Under the pieces are notes generated by a model. It was not told the origin of the DNA. It worked only from the letters and a program-made list of their open reading frames with translations, and did not search any database. A program made the translations under genes and the position numbers. This document shows positions 10,340 through 21,065 of a DNA stretch of 64,000 nt, piece after piece (positions within the stretch are counted from its first letter, which is position 1; every line of letters starts with the position of its first letter). Source of the stretch: an uncultured Candidatus Saccharibacteria bacterium (lineage in GTDB: Bacteria > Patescibacteriota > Minisyncoccia > Phycocordibacterales > UBA6899); assembly GCA_964515375.1 (NCBI GenBank), contig CAZERF010000002.1:29164-93163 (forward strand), read 5' to 3'.

Positions 10340-12631
10340 TCACATTGATGTTCCCACCATAGACATTGTTCCCGCAGTCGGAATCAAACGACATTTTCTT
10401 TTTGACAACCTCAAACACACACCCGCTGGCTGGAATGTACCGAGCATCCAACTCCCCGACTTTGTCACCCTCCCAAAGGGATACAGACGAGTCATTCCCG
10501 GCTGGTAGATGAGGGGAAGACCTCCGGTTTTCGATGGGACGGTTAGGTCGCTGAAAGATACTGCGTAATTAAAAGTACAACTACAATACTGGACACGTGT
10601 GATCCGCCCACCGAACGGATACCCCACCAAACTACCCAAGCCGCCGCCCCCACCGACAATACCACCGATTCCTGTCACACCGGAAGAAAGTCCCGAGACA
10701 GAGGAAGTTAAAGAAGAGAGGTTCGTGGTGACACTCGAAATTGCCCCACTGGCGATTCCGGTCAAATTTGTGATCGACGTCGCATTAGCCAAAGAGAGCG
10801 CTCCTGTCGAAAAAATAGTCGAAGAAAGAGACGTGATCGACTCTATCGAGGTTGCCAAACTCCCCGTCACTGAACCAAGAACAGAACTTGCTAATCCTTC
10901 AATGTTCGTGAGTGATGATGTAATGCTTGTAATTTCAGTAAGAGCAGAATCAAAATTACTCGCCACCAAATCAGAAAGATTGGTCAAACTTGCGATTTGT
11001 TGAGTCAGATTTGTAGTGATACCCTCAAGCTGATTACTGATATTTGTTATCGATGAGATCGAGGATGAAAGATTGTTGGTGACCATGTCAGTGATTGCAG
11101 TGATCGACCCCGTTCCAGTAATACCCATAATTCCGCTGGCAATAGCGCTTTCAACATTCGCAAGCGTAACGGTACTCAAACTCCCCAATTGTGCGATCGC
11201 ATTCTGCACCACCGAATCCTTGATCGCATTAGTGATCGCATCTGCGTCGATTGTCGAGAGAGAAGCTGCGATCGTTGCGATATTTCCACCCCCCCCCACA
11301 GATGCAAAACTTCCTGCGATGGTATTTTGGATTCCGGAAACGTCGAGAGAGCCGGCGATCGAATTAAGTGTTTTCGCCGCCTCTCCGACAAACGCGTCCT
11401 TCAAAGTGTCCTGAAAGGCACTTGATGTGAAGGCGCCAAGAGATTGCGTGATCGTAGAAAGGTTCCCCAATCCTGTCGCCGAAATAATTTCCGAGCTGAT
11501 GGAATTTTTAATGTCAGAAAGATCAACTGCTCCGATCAATTCACCCACCTTATTTGCAGCAGCCGACATAACGGCATCCTTAACAACTTCTTCAAAACCA
11601 TCATCCAAGATGTTCTTTACCGATGCCGCGATCTTGACCGTCGAAATGACTCCTTCAATATCCGCAACGCTCATCACATTATTTACGATCGTATTTTGGA
11701 CCTGAGCTAGGTCAACCGTGCCAACCAAAGAAGAAACTTTTGATACTGTTTCAGAAATTACCGCATTCTCTACCGCAGACTGGAATGCCTCAACCGTTAC
11801 CCCGCTCATATTATTTACGATCGAAGCGACACTCGCTCCCGTATACGCACTGATCTTTGAAGCAACGATTCCTTGAAATTCTGAAACACTCAAGTCCCCG
11901 ACAGAAGAAGTGATAGCCGATACCGCATTTGTGATTACCTGCTCTTTCTCTAGAGTAGTCAACGCCACTCCTTTTGAAATTGCTTCACCAACGGCAACCT
12001 CAACCATTTGATTCACCTGACCAGACAAATGAACAGTAGAACTCACTTCTGTTAAAACAAGAGATCCGTCGTCAATCGCTTTTTTGATGCTTGTTTGAAC
12101 TAACGCATTAAGGTCGTTTTCATCAAGGAAGTCGATCGCCTTGATCTGTGAAAGAGAAACTGTCCCCTTCGAAATTGCCTCATTGATCGCGGTGTCCACA
12201 AGATTGTCAATACTCTCCTCAGGGGCGATCCCAATACGAGAAATCTGCTCAAGCTTCAATGTCCCCGAGAGAACCGCCTCATCAAAAGCGTCGGCAACTA
12301 ATTCTTTAGTAACCTCGGGATTCAGCTTTGACAAAGAGGAGATCACCCCGGGATTCACACCCGTCGCAGACAACCCCTCTGTGACCGCGACGGAAATGGT
12401 GTTTTCCATCGCAGTAACCGTCTCTGTCTGCAACTGCTCTACCTTTTCTATCCCTTCTTCAAGAGAAGAAGTGACCGCAGCGATCTCTTCTTCAACCTTG
12501 TCGATGGTAGGCGTTGCCGCATACACAGGAGATGCAACAGGGAGTAAGAATGAAAGAATAAGGAGAGGGGCAACAAAACGCAGGGTACGCGAATTCCTTT
12601 TTAATAACGACTTTCCTTGAGAGGGGTACAT
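10340..12631 (-). CDS. Large secreted S/T/A/I-rich helical-repeat protein with Cys-containing C-terminal domain
   Basis: Signal peptide, internal 33-aa and 60-aa repeats, C-terminal PFGGRI...CSC...C...C domain. Confidence 0.8.
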   Translation of the reverse strand: MYPSQGKSLLKRNSRTLRFVAPLLILSFLLPVASPVYAATPTIDKVEEEIAAVTSSLEEGIEKVEQLQTETVTAMENTISVAVTEGLSATGVNPGVISSLSKLNPEVTKELVADAFDEAVLSGTLKLEQISRIGIAPEESIDNLVDTAINEAISKGTVSLSQIKAIDFLDENDLNALVQTSIKKAIDDGSLVLTEVSSTVHLSGQVNQMVEVAVGEAISKGVALTTLEKEQVITNAVSAITSSVGDLSVSEFQGIVASKISAYTGASVASIVNNMSGVTVEAFQSAVENAVISETVSKVSSLVGTVDLAQVQNTIVNNVMSVADIEGVISTVKIAASVKNILDDGFEEVVKDAVMSAAANKVGELIGAVDLSDIKNSISSEIISATGLGNLSTITQSLGAFTSSAFQDTLKDAFVGEAAKTLNSIAGSLDVSGIQNTIAGSFASVGGGGNIATIAASLSTIDADAITNAIKDSVVQNAIAQLGSLSTVTLANVESAIASGIMGITGTGSITAITDMVTNNLSSSISSITNISNQLEGITTNLTQQIASLTNLSDLVASNFDSALTEITSITSSLTNIEGLASSVLGSVTGSLATSIESITSLSSTIFSTGALSLANATSITNLTGIASGAISSVTTNLSSLTSSVSGLSSGVTGIGGIVGGGGGLGSLVGYPFGGRITRVQYCSCTFNYAVSFSDLTVPSKTGGLPLIYQPGMTRLYPFGRVTKSGSWMLGTFQPAGVCLRLSKRKCRLIPTAGTMSMVGTSM

Positions 12632-12666
12632 GATTATTCAAGTTAACAATAATGAATAGAAAAAGC

Positions 12667-13758
12667 TCAGATCTTGAAGGTGTAAAATTCGGTATTACTT
12701 ATACCATTTGCGTTCATGATCGTAATGGCAACAGGGTCTCTCATATCAACACTCGGGTCATCATATCCTGTCGATATTTGAGTGGTCACATCCTCATCGT
12801 CCAATCCGTCCTCGAAGATCATTGTGATCGGAAGTCTTATCGTTTTTCCGTCACGAGAGGGGAGGTCCTCCACTATGGAATTAGAGGTGTGCACATCATT
12901 GCCGGTTGAAGTGAACCCTGTGCCGGAAATAGTGACCACGGTTCCCTGAAACCCCTCCTTGGGCGAGATTGAAGTGATCGTCGGAGCAAGAGCATTTTGC
13001 GTAATAACAGAAAAATACGTTTTATTTGATTGACCCCGATCGTTTACCACCCACAACTCATGAGGTCCGAACGGGGCAGTATCCGGAACAACAAAACTCA
13101 ACTCTCCGGAAAGATTCTTAACATCAGAAACAGAAAGGGGTCCAAGATGAACAACGTTGCCGATAGAAGAAAACCCGAGCCCCGAGATCGAAATGGTCGC
13201 ACCCCTCGGTGCGGCATAAGATGAGGGAGCTATGATGACAGGGGTATCAGAATGAAAACCACCGGATAATTCAAGGGGGGGGGTTTTGCTGGCTGAGGAA
13301 GAGGTAGGGAGTGACACACCAGGAGAAACGCTTGGAACACTTTGCGGTGAGGAATTTACAGAAGGCGGAGAAATCTGAAAAGAGGATGGCTTCTGAGTGC
13401 ACAGTGCGGTGATCTTTGCCCGTGAGAACGTACCGACAAATCCGCTTCCGCTCGTGAGTCCGACTGGCGTCAACACCTCAGAGCGATACAGATCTTGAAA
13501 TTTCGTCACCGCTGTCTTGGTCTTCATTCCAAAGTAGGTGGTCTCATTACCTGGGGAACCAGCGCCGTCAAGCGACACCCTGGTGCGCGCATCAGTGTTC
13601 AGAAATACTTGAAGTGCCCGTACGTCCGCCCCCGACGCGCCGAGCGCGAGGTTTCGAGTAAAGAGCGCACACTCGGGAGTGCTTTGCGCGGCGGCAATTC
13701 CCGGGAGGAGTGCGGCGAGAAGCGCGGCGGAACAGGTTACCGAAAGGAAAGAACGCAT
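12667..13758 (-). CDS. Secreted peptidoglycan-binding + IPT/TIG (Ig-like) domain protein
   Basis: FTRNLALGASGADVRALQVFLN...YFGMKTKTAVTKFQ PG-binding domain; two P.I.SISP..G..GT.V.ISG.GF TIG-like repeats. Confidence 0.85.
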   Translation of the reverse strand: MRSFLSVTCSAALLAALLPGIAAAQSTPECALFTRNLALGASGADVRALQVFLNTDARTRVSLDGAGSPGNETTYFGMKTKTAVTKFQDLYRSEVLTPVGLTSGSGFVGTFSRAKITALCTQKPSSFQISPPSVNSSPQSVPSVSPGVSLPTSSSASKTPPLELSGGFHSDTPVIIAPSSYAAPRGATISISGLGFSSIGNVVHLGPLSVSDVKNLSGELSFVVPDTAPFGPHELWVVNDRGQSNKTYFSVITQNALAPTITSISPKEGFQGTVVTISGTGFTSTGNDVHTSNSIVEDLPSRDGKTIRLPITMIFEDGLDDEDVTTQISTGYDDPSVDMRDPVAITIMNANGISNTEFYTFKI

Positions 13759-14182
13759 GGATAGATAATATTAGAATGATATGCTGTAATTGTAGCAAAT
13801 ATGGAGAAGAGATACCCGAAACATATACACAGAAATGACGACCATGCATGTAAAGTGATGGTCGAAATCCCTCAACAAAGAAATGCAGAGCGCGCTTCCC
13901 ACCATGCACGACGGTCTCCTTGTCGCCCTCCATGGACGAAACGATCCTCTAAAGAAAGACGGAACCACAAGGAAGATCGCCCAAAAATACAAAAGAAGAC
14001 CGAAAACAGGTCACGGCGGTCACTTCCCGGGCATGTGTCTTCCGGAGCGTATCCGCCAAAATAGTGCACGATCACAAAAATACGGCTTCATCCAAAGACA
14101 TTTGAGCACCGACCCCTACTTATACACGCAGAATCCACAGGTTTTTCCACTTTTAGGCTCCACCCTCCTCCACAAAAGTACT

Positions 14183-14211
14183 TTGACGAGAAAGCTAAAG
14201 CTTGATATAAT
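14183..14211 (+). promoter_or_regulatory. Sigma70-type promoter
   Basis: TTGACG-17 nt-TATAAT upstream of the SD AAAGGAGG of the gene at 14267. Confidence 0.75.
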
Positions 14212-14266
14212 GAAATTTAGGTCAGTCAAGGTCCCTTGACACCATACCAACAGAAAGGAGGACATC

Positions 14267-14785
14267 ATGTCCACGCTGAAAAAGGGAGTCTTCGGGCTCA
14301 TCGTTGTCCTCGCAACATTTGCGGGGTTTGCACATGCCCAGCAATGCTACACGGACCAAAGGGCTGCCTATGCCGTTTACAATGCCATTGGAGCTGATGC
14401 GCAAGCGAGCATTTTCCCAAAATCCCAAGTGAGGGGAGGGAGGCCGGAGCGGTGCAGCGCCAGTGGGTTACTCCAAGCGAATGGCCCTTGCGTGTGTTTC
14501 GCGGCGGAAGGAAAACAAATGGGGAAAAATATCGTTCTGATTTGGACACCCGTCAATAGGGAGACAATCATTGTCTCCAAGCGCTCGGGGGGTGTTACCG
14601 TGGCGACGCAAACCTACAACGGTTACGCTGGTTCTTTTGCAAACAGCAAGAACCAAGACCCCTGCGCAAACTTGCGGGGGGCGAGCCTTGAGGCGTGTCG
14701 GGCCGCTCAAGAAGCAACGGGTGGGGACATTGGGGCCGCGGTTGGCACGGTCATCCGTGCCATCCCCGGACTCTTCGGACGATGA
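14267..14785 (+). CDS. Small secreted Cys-containing hypothetical protein
   Basis: Strong SD, signal peptide ending AHA|QQ, own promoter and downstream hairpin GGCGGAGCAT/ATGCTCCGCC. Confidence 0.75.
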   Translation: MSTLKKGVFGLIVVLATFAGFAHAQQCYTDQRAAYAVYNAIGADAQASIFPKSQVRGGRPERCSASGLLQANGPCVCFAAEGKQMGKNIVLIWTPVNRETIIVSKRSGGVTVATQTYNGYAGSFANSKNQDPCANLRGASLEACRAAQEATGGDIGAAVGTVIRAIPGLFGR

Positions 14786-14945
14786 GACGAGCGGAACAAT
14801 GGCGGAGCATACAATGCTCCGCCCTTTCTTTTTTTATACAAAAACAAAACGTTGTCCACAGAAACATAAAAAACGGAGAGACAAAAAGGCATGATCCGCC
14901 ATATAATAGAGAAGGCAGGGTGGTGGTTCCACCACCGTTGGCATA

Positions 14946-15950
14946 TTGATCATGAATATTTCTCAACTTCCGCATAAGAATCTTTATATAAGTGGCACCC
15001 TCGCGCTTCTTATCATTGGGATCGGCATCATCGTCAATCTTCCCGAGCGGTCGCACACTTCAAAACTTGCCGCATCGGACACTTCGTCGACAAACTCGTC
15101 CACTTCGACGACCGAGGGAGGCGAGCAAGACGCCGACGGCGACGGTCTCTTGGACTGGGAAGAATTTCTTTACGGCTCCGACCCCAAAAATCCGGACACC
15201 GACGGGGATGGCACGCGAGACGGCGAGGAGATACGCGCGGCACGCAACCCCATCGTTCCCAACACCGCCCGCGCGGGGGGAAACCCGAACGACCCGCTCA
15301 CGCAACTCCAAGACCCCAACTTTGCCTCAACCTCCGCCGCGATCAGCGAGGCGAAGAGGGAGTTCTTCAGAAAATATCTCGAACAAGCGGGAAAAGAGAT
15401 CCGCGAGACCACCTATCTCGACCTGATTTCCAAATTTGACTCCAGCAAGCTCAAGCCCAAGCGCGAGATCACCGATCTCGCAATAGCATCCGAGAATACG
15501 AACGACGCGGTCAAGGCGTATCTGAACGAATTTGGCTCCGCGGTCCTGCGCTTCAAATCTCCCAACGCTCCGCGTTCCGAGATCGCGATCATCGAAGACT
15601 TCGGCAAGACCCAAGACCCCCGCGTACTCAAAGAACTCCAACTCCCCGCTATCGACTATGCCAACTTTGCACTCGAACTCCGCAAGCTCAAGGTTCCTTC
15701 AGGACTTGCCAAGACACATCTCTTGATCGTCGAAGGGTATGAGGGTATGGCGCTCGGACTCTCGGGAATGATCACGATGGCAAGCGACCCCTTCATGGGT
15801 GCGGGTGGATATCAAGGATATCTCATCTATCGCGTGCAAGTCACCGACGCCTTTGCGGTCTTGGTGACCGAGGTCACAAAGCGCGGGATCACCTTCACCA
15901 AAGACGAGCCGGGCTACATGTTCTATGCCAATGTCTTCGCGGAACAATGA
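14946..15950 (+). CDS. Membrane-anchored protein with TSP3-like Ca-binding repeats
   Basis: N-terminal TM; DADGDGLLDWEE...DTDGDGTRDGEE. Confidence 0.75.
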   Translation: MIMNISQLPHKNLYISGTLALLIIGIGIIVNLPERSHTSKLAASDTSSTNSSTSTTEGGEQDADGDGLLDWEEFLYGSDPKNPDTDGDGTRDGEEIRAARNPIVPNTARAGGNPNDPLTQLQDPNFASTSAAISEAKREFFRKYLEQAGKEIRETTYLDLISKFDSSKLKPKREITDLAIASENTNDAVKAYLNEFGSAVLRFKSPNAPRSEIAIIEDFGKTQDPRVLKELQLPAIDYANFALELRKLKVPSGLAKTHLLIVEGYEGMALGLSGMITMASDPFMGAGGYQGYLIYRVQVTDAFAVLVTEVTKRGITFTKDEPGYMFYANVFAEQ

Positions 15951-16007
15951 TTTATACACAGGGGTGATACGCCATCTTCACAAACTTAGGTTATAATTAA
16001 TCACGAT

Positions 16008-17606
16008 ATGTCTATGAGACGATCCATCATCAGGTCAAGCATCGCACTCCTCACGCTGAGTGCGTTTATCGCGCAGACCGCGCTCGCGGGAACGGTCGGT
16101 CCTGTGGGTGGTCCGTACGTCCCTGTCTACGACAAAACAACCAACACCAACTTCAAAGAATACATCGACCTCTTCAATAGTCAGATGGGGGCATCCGCTC
16201 CGAATGGCTCAACAGACTCACTGCGCGACTTGATCGCCGGAGCAAATCCTCAAGGAATTGCGGCAGCGGAGTGTGCGCGGAAAGATAATGCACTTCCCGC
16301 ATTGGCACTTTCCGATACAAGCCCGTGGGGGAAGGCCGTTGCCTCAACCACAGAAGATGGTGCAAATCTTCCCATTTCAGTACCAGACGGAGGAGACCCC
16401 AGCAACCCGATGGCGGGTCCCTTCATCCAGGTCAATGCAAGTCACTCGCTCCGCTGTTTGCTTGAGGATATTTTGGAATTCCAAAAACTTGGTGTGAGCA
16501 TTCAGCTTCACAAGCTTCTCAAAGACTACATCGCCGACGCCCAGACCAAACAGCTCACCAACCAGCTCCGCAACAAGGTCGCCGCAGCCAACCTCGACTG
16601 GTCGCGATCGGGAAATATGATCAACGACGGGGGGACGACGAGCTATGCACCGGTCTTCAGTACCAACCCCGCCGCGAGTCAATTCAATGTTTCCAATCGC
16701 CAGCTCTCGCACATCACCGACCAAGCTGCCGCCGACCCGATGGCGGGAAATCCTGTCGGCTCTCTGGGTATCGCCGCTCCATGGCGGTTCGACACAACCG
16801 CCAGCATGGTCAACAACATGCGCGGACTCGTCGACGACCCCTTCAACTGGACTCAATCTATTACCGGGCAAGGATTGACCACCGGAGCCAACCCGCTCTT
16901 TGCCGACGAATATGATTGGACCAAATTCAACCAAAGCTTCAACGACCCCTCGGCACTGAAGGGTGGGATGCTCACCTTCCTCGAAACAGCACTCGTCCCC
17001 TCCAACAACCCGATCGGTGCCTCCCAGCTCGCCGACATGGCGGCCAAGGGTCGTATTGAGCGCCAACTTGAAACAACAAAACTCAAGCAAACATCCTCCG
17101 GGTTCATTCCTGCGACGTCCTACGACACCAACCCTGCCAACCCCTACAGTCTCGATATGCAGTATGGTGTCGACACCAACCCCGCCGGGCAGAACCAACA
17201 AGTCGTGACCGACATGTCGCGCCAGGGAGACGAACAGGTTCGCGACGGCATGTCGCTCGATGCGCTCGGTGCCCCCTCGGCAATGACCCAATCAACCTCG
17301 CTCAATGCGGGAGGTGGAGTGCTCAATTACGACACAGCCCCGCTTGCTACCTCCACTACGGTAGTGAACTCCCTGGTGAAGGAAATTTATGACATCATTT
17401 GGTATGGCTATATCGGAGTCAGTGTGGATACTGCTGAATTTGCGAACGGAACCATGCTCTCCATCTACGACAATATGGCCTTCAACGACCAAATGCCTTC
17501 GGTTGTTCTTCCCGATCAAGCAATAGGCGGTGGCGGTGGGACCGATAGCACCGTTGATCTTTACGACAGCAGCTGGGGTGATTGGTCGAGCTGGTTCAAT
17601 TGGTGA
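16008..17606 (+). CDS. Secreted hypothetical protein in secretion cluster
   Basis: Signal peptide ending TALA; long ORF preceded by TATAAT. Confidence 0.75.
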   Translation: MSMRRSIIRSSIALLTLSAFIAQTALAGTVGPVGGPYVPVYDKTTNTNFKEYIDLFNSQMGASAPNGSTDSLRDLIAGANPQGIAAAECARKDNALPALALSDTSPWGKAVASTTEDGANLPISVPDGGDPSNPMAGPFIQVNASHSLRCLLEDILEFQKLGVSIQLHKLLKDYIADAQTKQLTNQLRNKVAAANLDWSRSGNMINDGGTTSYAPVFSTNPAASQFNVSNRQLSHITDQAAADPMAGNPVGSLGIAAPWRFDTTASMVNNMRGLVDDPFNWTQSITGQGLTTGANPLFADEYDWTKFNQSFNDPSALKGGMLTFLETALVPSNNPIGASQLADMAAKGRIERQLETTKLKQTSSGFIPATSYDTNPANPYSLDMQYGVDTNPAGQNQQVVTDMSRQGDEQVRDGMSLDALGAPSAMTQSTSLNAGGGVLNYDTAPLATSTTVVNSLVKEIYDIIWYGYIGVSVDTAEFANGTMLSIYDNMAFNDQMPSVVLPDQAIGGGGGTDSTVDLYDSSWGDWSSWFNW

Positions 17607-17673
17607 TCGATCGTCGTAGCAATTGTTTAGTTCGTGAATTTGTTTGAAAGTTTGGAGGAGCAGAGACGCAATA

Positions 17674-20265
17674 ATGAAACGCATGCAAAAAAAGACATTC
17701 ATCACACCGTTCATCTTTCTTTCCCTCCTTTTCGGGGCACTCTTCCCGACGAGCGTCGCACTTGCAGCAAATGAACCGTCAGCAGAAAATCCATGGTGTG
17801 TCATCCAGCAAGACGGCACCGCGGGAGAATGTTTTGCAACAGTAGCCATTTGCGGCCCGGCAAGCGGAGGTGCGGGTTGCGAAAACTATAATGATTTCAA
17901 ACCTGCCGTTCAACAATCTTACGAGAATGCGGCCTCGCTTCCTGAGAGGGCAATGGACTCTGCACTGTCGGGAATCTCCGGTTTGGTCATGGATGGAATT
18001 GCGCTTATTGCCGAGTGGATAAATGGAATTGCGGCAATATTCCTCACTCAAATGGCGTATATTCTCGATGCGTCGATCGACATAACGATCAAATCGTCAG
18101 TATATGCCAACCTTGCCGTGGTGAACATTGGATGGACCGCGGTACGCGACTTCTCCAATATGTTCTTTATCTTCGCGCTCCTCTACATTGCGATCCTCAC
18201 CATCCTCGGCCTCGCAGGATCCAACACCAAACGCTGGGTCGCACACTTGATCATCGGCGCACTCCTCATCAACTTCAGCCTCTTTGCAACCAAGGTCGTC
18301 ATCGACGCGGGCAACGTTCTTGCGGTCGGCTTCTGGGAAAAGCTGAAGTCAGACCAAGGCAGCGAAGAGATCAATAGTGCTGCGGCACATTTCATGCAGG
18401 GATTCAAGATTCAGACCGTTTACTCCAACACTGACGCAAAGGCGAACGGAGGAGCGGGAGAGACACTCAAGTTGGACAGCTCAACACGCGCAATGATCTT
18501 TCTTGGCGGTGCGATCATGATGTTCATCGCGGGATACCTTTTCTTGGCGGGAGCTATCATGATGATCGTCCGCACCGTCACGCTGATCCTCCTCATGATC
18601 TTCTCTCCTTTTGCCTTCCTCGGATTTGCTCTTCCTAAGGGAGGAGGGTTCGCGCACACATGGTTGAACAAGCTGATCGGCTCCACCTTTGTCGCACCCG
18701 CCTTCATCTTTATGCTCTACTTAAACGCGCTCATCATCAGCTCGCTTGATGACGAGAAACTCACGAGTGCCGCCGGTTCAAATGCCTCCGCCGCTTTCTT
18801 GGGCTCTGCGGCTAACTTTGCCGTTATCCTCAACTTCGTCACCATGGCCATCCTCCTCCTCTCCTCCATCACGGTCGCGAACGCCGTTTCGTCGGGCGCG
18901 GGGACACAAGCCGGATCGTGGTCCAAGAAGCTCCTCGGATACGGTGGCGGTCTCGCCGTCGGTGCGGCGGGCATTGCGGGTGGACGCCTTGGAAGACAGG
19001 TAGGTGGAAGTCTCGGGCGAGTCGCGCAAAATAGCAAAGCTGTTCAACGCCTTGCTGCGAAGGATAACTTGGTGCTCAGGAACTTTGGGAGAGCGGTACA
19101 AAAGACCGGGCAAAAGATGTCCGAAGGAACGTGGGATGTACGCAATACCGGCGCAATAAAGACAGCAAACAAGGGTCTTGCTCTCACAAACACAGGTATT
19201 ACCCTTCAGGGGACAGGGGAGGCAAGCAAGAAGAGCTTTACTACACACGGCGGCCTCGTAGGTGGAGCGGTCGCGGCCGGCACGACAGCAGCGCTAAGAA
19301 AGGCTGGGGCGAAAGAGTGGGTTGACCAAGAACCCCTCCGATTCCGCGGATCAAAGAACGAAGAAGAGCTCATTAAAGAGGCAAAGGAACGCTTCAAGGG
19401 TAACCCCAAAGCGCAAGAACTCTTCCTTAAGGATCATGGTGTTCAATTGGACGCCGCAAGAAACAAAGAGATCAGCAACGAGATCAAGCGAGAAGAACGC
19501 AAGAAAGAAAATGTTAAGGATATTGAGGAGAGACTCAAAACTCAAGCTGGTGTTGACCTGAAAGAGATCGGTAAGATGAAGCCGGAAGAGATCGAAGCGC
19601 TCAATAAAAAGATCGAAGAAAACATGGGGCAAATGGCGCCCGATGTCGCGGATAAATTTGTCAAAGAGTTTAGCGGTGCGCTTGAGAAGATCAGTGGCAA
19701 GGAGTATGCCGACATGGGTCAGAACTTCTTGAACCTTGCTCTTGTCCAGCGCGCAGCAAACGGCAAACACCTCGCCGAGGTCAATACTCGCCTTTCCGAT
19801 GGAACAATGGTGATGGACAAACCGCAAGAATACAGCGACAAACTCGCACAAACAGTCTTTACTCGTGGCACCGATGGCGGGAAGAGCTGGATGAGAAATC
19901 AAATGAGGCAAGGAAACTCGAGTCTCACCATCGACGGAGCAGGCGAACTGAACAAGGCGCTCGCTATTGCCGATGAGGACGAGCGTGAGAAGAGTATTCG
20001 AAATGCAATGAGCTTTATGTCTCATGACCAAGTTGCGGGGCTTCAAAATGACCAGCTCCTTGCGCTTGACCCCTACTTAACCGATGGACACTACAAAGCA
20101 ATGGGGACTAAAAAGCGCACAGAGCTCAAAAAATTGATTGAAGATCGTGACACAGCACAGAAAGCCGCGATCACCGCGCAGACCCAAGCCGCGCAAGCAG
20201 CCAAGGATGCGGCCGAAAAAACAAAGCGCGACGCCGCACTCGACGCAGAATCAAAGCTCGTATAA
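17674..20265 (+). CDS. VirB6/TrbL-like polytopic membrane protein with long soluble C-terminus
   Basis: GWTAVRDFSNMFFIF, ALLINFSLFATKVVID, IVRTVTLILLMIFSPFAF pattern typical of VirB6-like proteins; Gly/Ala-rich then charged tail; GGAGGAG upstream. Confidence 0.7.
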   Translation: MKRMQKKTFITPFIFLSLLFGALFPTSVALAANEPSAENPWCVIQQDGTAGECFATVAICGPASGGAGCENYNDFKPAVQQSYENAASLPERAMDSALSGISGLVMDGIALIAEWINGIAAIFLTQMAYILDASIDITIKSSVYANLAVVNIGWTAVRDFSNMFFIFALLYIAILTILGLAGSNTKRWVAHLIIGALLINFSLFATKVVIDAGNVLAVGFWEKLKSDQGSEEINSAAAHFMQGFKIQTVYSNTDAKANGGAGETLKLDSSTRAMIFLGGAIMMFIAGYLFLAGAIMMIVRTVTLILLMIFSPFAFLGFALPKGGGFAHTWLNKLIGSTFVAPAFIFMLYLNALIISSLDDEKLTSAAGSNASAAFLGSAANFAVILNFVTMAILLLSSITVANAVSSGAGTQAGSWSKKLLGYGGGLAVGAAGIAGGRLGRQVGGSLGRVAQNSKAVQRLAAKDNLVLRNFGRAVQKTGQKMSEGTWDVRNTGAIKTANKGLALTNTGITLQGTGEASKKSFTTHGGLVGGAVAAGTTAALRKAGAKEWVDQEPLRFRGSKNEEELIKEAKERFKGNPKAQELFLKDHGVQLDAARNKEISNEIKREERKKENVKDIEERLKTQAGVDLKEIGKMKPEEIEALNKKIEENMGQMAPDVADKFVKEFSGALEKISGKEYADMGQNFLNLALVQRAANGKHLAEVNTRLSDGTMVMDKPQEYSDKLAQTVFTRGTDGGKSWMRNQMRQGNSSLTIDGAGELNKALAIADEDEREKSIRNAMSFMSHDQVAGLQNDQLLALDPYLTDGHYKAMGTKKRTELKKLIEDRDTAQKAAITAQTQAAQAAKDAAEKTKRDAALDAESKLV

Positions 20266-20280
20266 CACTCCCCACAAATC

Positions 20281-21033
20281 ATGATCACGATCACAGCACA
20301 GCAATGGACCGAACGGTTCAAAATACTCCCTGAAGAGATCAGACAGATATTGATGAACGAAGAAGATCAGCTTCCTGATCGCCTTGAACAGATTCTTGCT
20401 TCAGAAAACCTTGACGAACTACAACTCGAACGTCTTTCCCGTCTCACTGCCTATCTCCTCATGGGTTTTGTTCACCCGACAGAATTTGTCGAATCGATCA
20501 CAAAAGACTGCGAAGTTGAGAATGAAAGGGCGGTCATCATTGCACAAGAGATCAACAAAATGATCTTCAGTCCGGCAAAAAATGCGCTCCAGCTCGTCCA
20601 CGAGCACAACAAGAAAGATTCCAGCATAACAAACATCTCAACAAACAACACTCCGGTCTCAAGAGAATCTCATTTTACTCAAACGACCGCTCCTGCACCT
20701 TTGCCCCCCTCACCCCTCACGGCAGCAACATCCTCCGAAATGCCCGCCGTCGAGCCAAAACCTCACATCGGAAACATCTTTGAGGAAAAGTTGGGCGGAT
20801 CGTTCCGTGTAAAGAGCGACGAGGTTGCCTACACCGCTTCAAAGACAAAGGCCGATATTCCACCTATTCCGCGCGTCACTCCTCCCGTATCTTCAACGCC
20901 TTCCCCGATACCTGCCTCGCCTTCAGCACCTGCACCAGTGGCAACCCCTCCTCTCCCGCCGACACCACCGATGCCTCCGACCCCTCCTGCTCCAACAGCA
21001 AAGAATCCGGACCCTTATCGCGAAGCAGTCTAA
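20281..21033 (+). CDS. Hypothetical protein with Pro-rich linker and C-terminal DPYRE motif
   Basis: ORF composition; ends PDPYREAV; followed by terminator. Confidence 0.75.
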   Translation: MITITAQQWTERFKILPEEIRQILMNEEDQLPDRLEQILASENLDELQLERLSRLTAYLLMGFVHPTEFVESITKDCEVENERAVIIAQEINKMIFSPAKNALQLVHEHNKKDSSITNISTNNTPVSRESHFTQTTAPAPLPPSPLTAATSSEMPAVEPKPHIGNIFEEKLGGSFRVKSDEVAYTASKTKADIPPIPRVTPPVSSTPSPIPASPSAPAPVATPPLPPTPPMPPTPPAPTAKNPDPYREAV

Positions 21034-21065
21034 CAAAAACACCGCCTCAAATGGCGGTGTTTTTG
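21034..21065 (+). terminator. Intrinsic terminator
   Basis: CAAAAACACCGCC-tcaaat-GGCGGTGTTTTTG. Confidence 0.8.

Noticed and set aside
13760-14260. Several overlapping short ORFs in the intergenic gap
   Set aside because: No motif or convincing start signal; the region contains promoters for the flanking genes.
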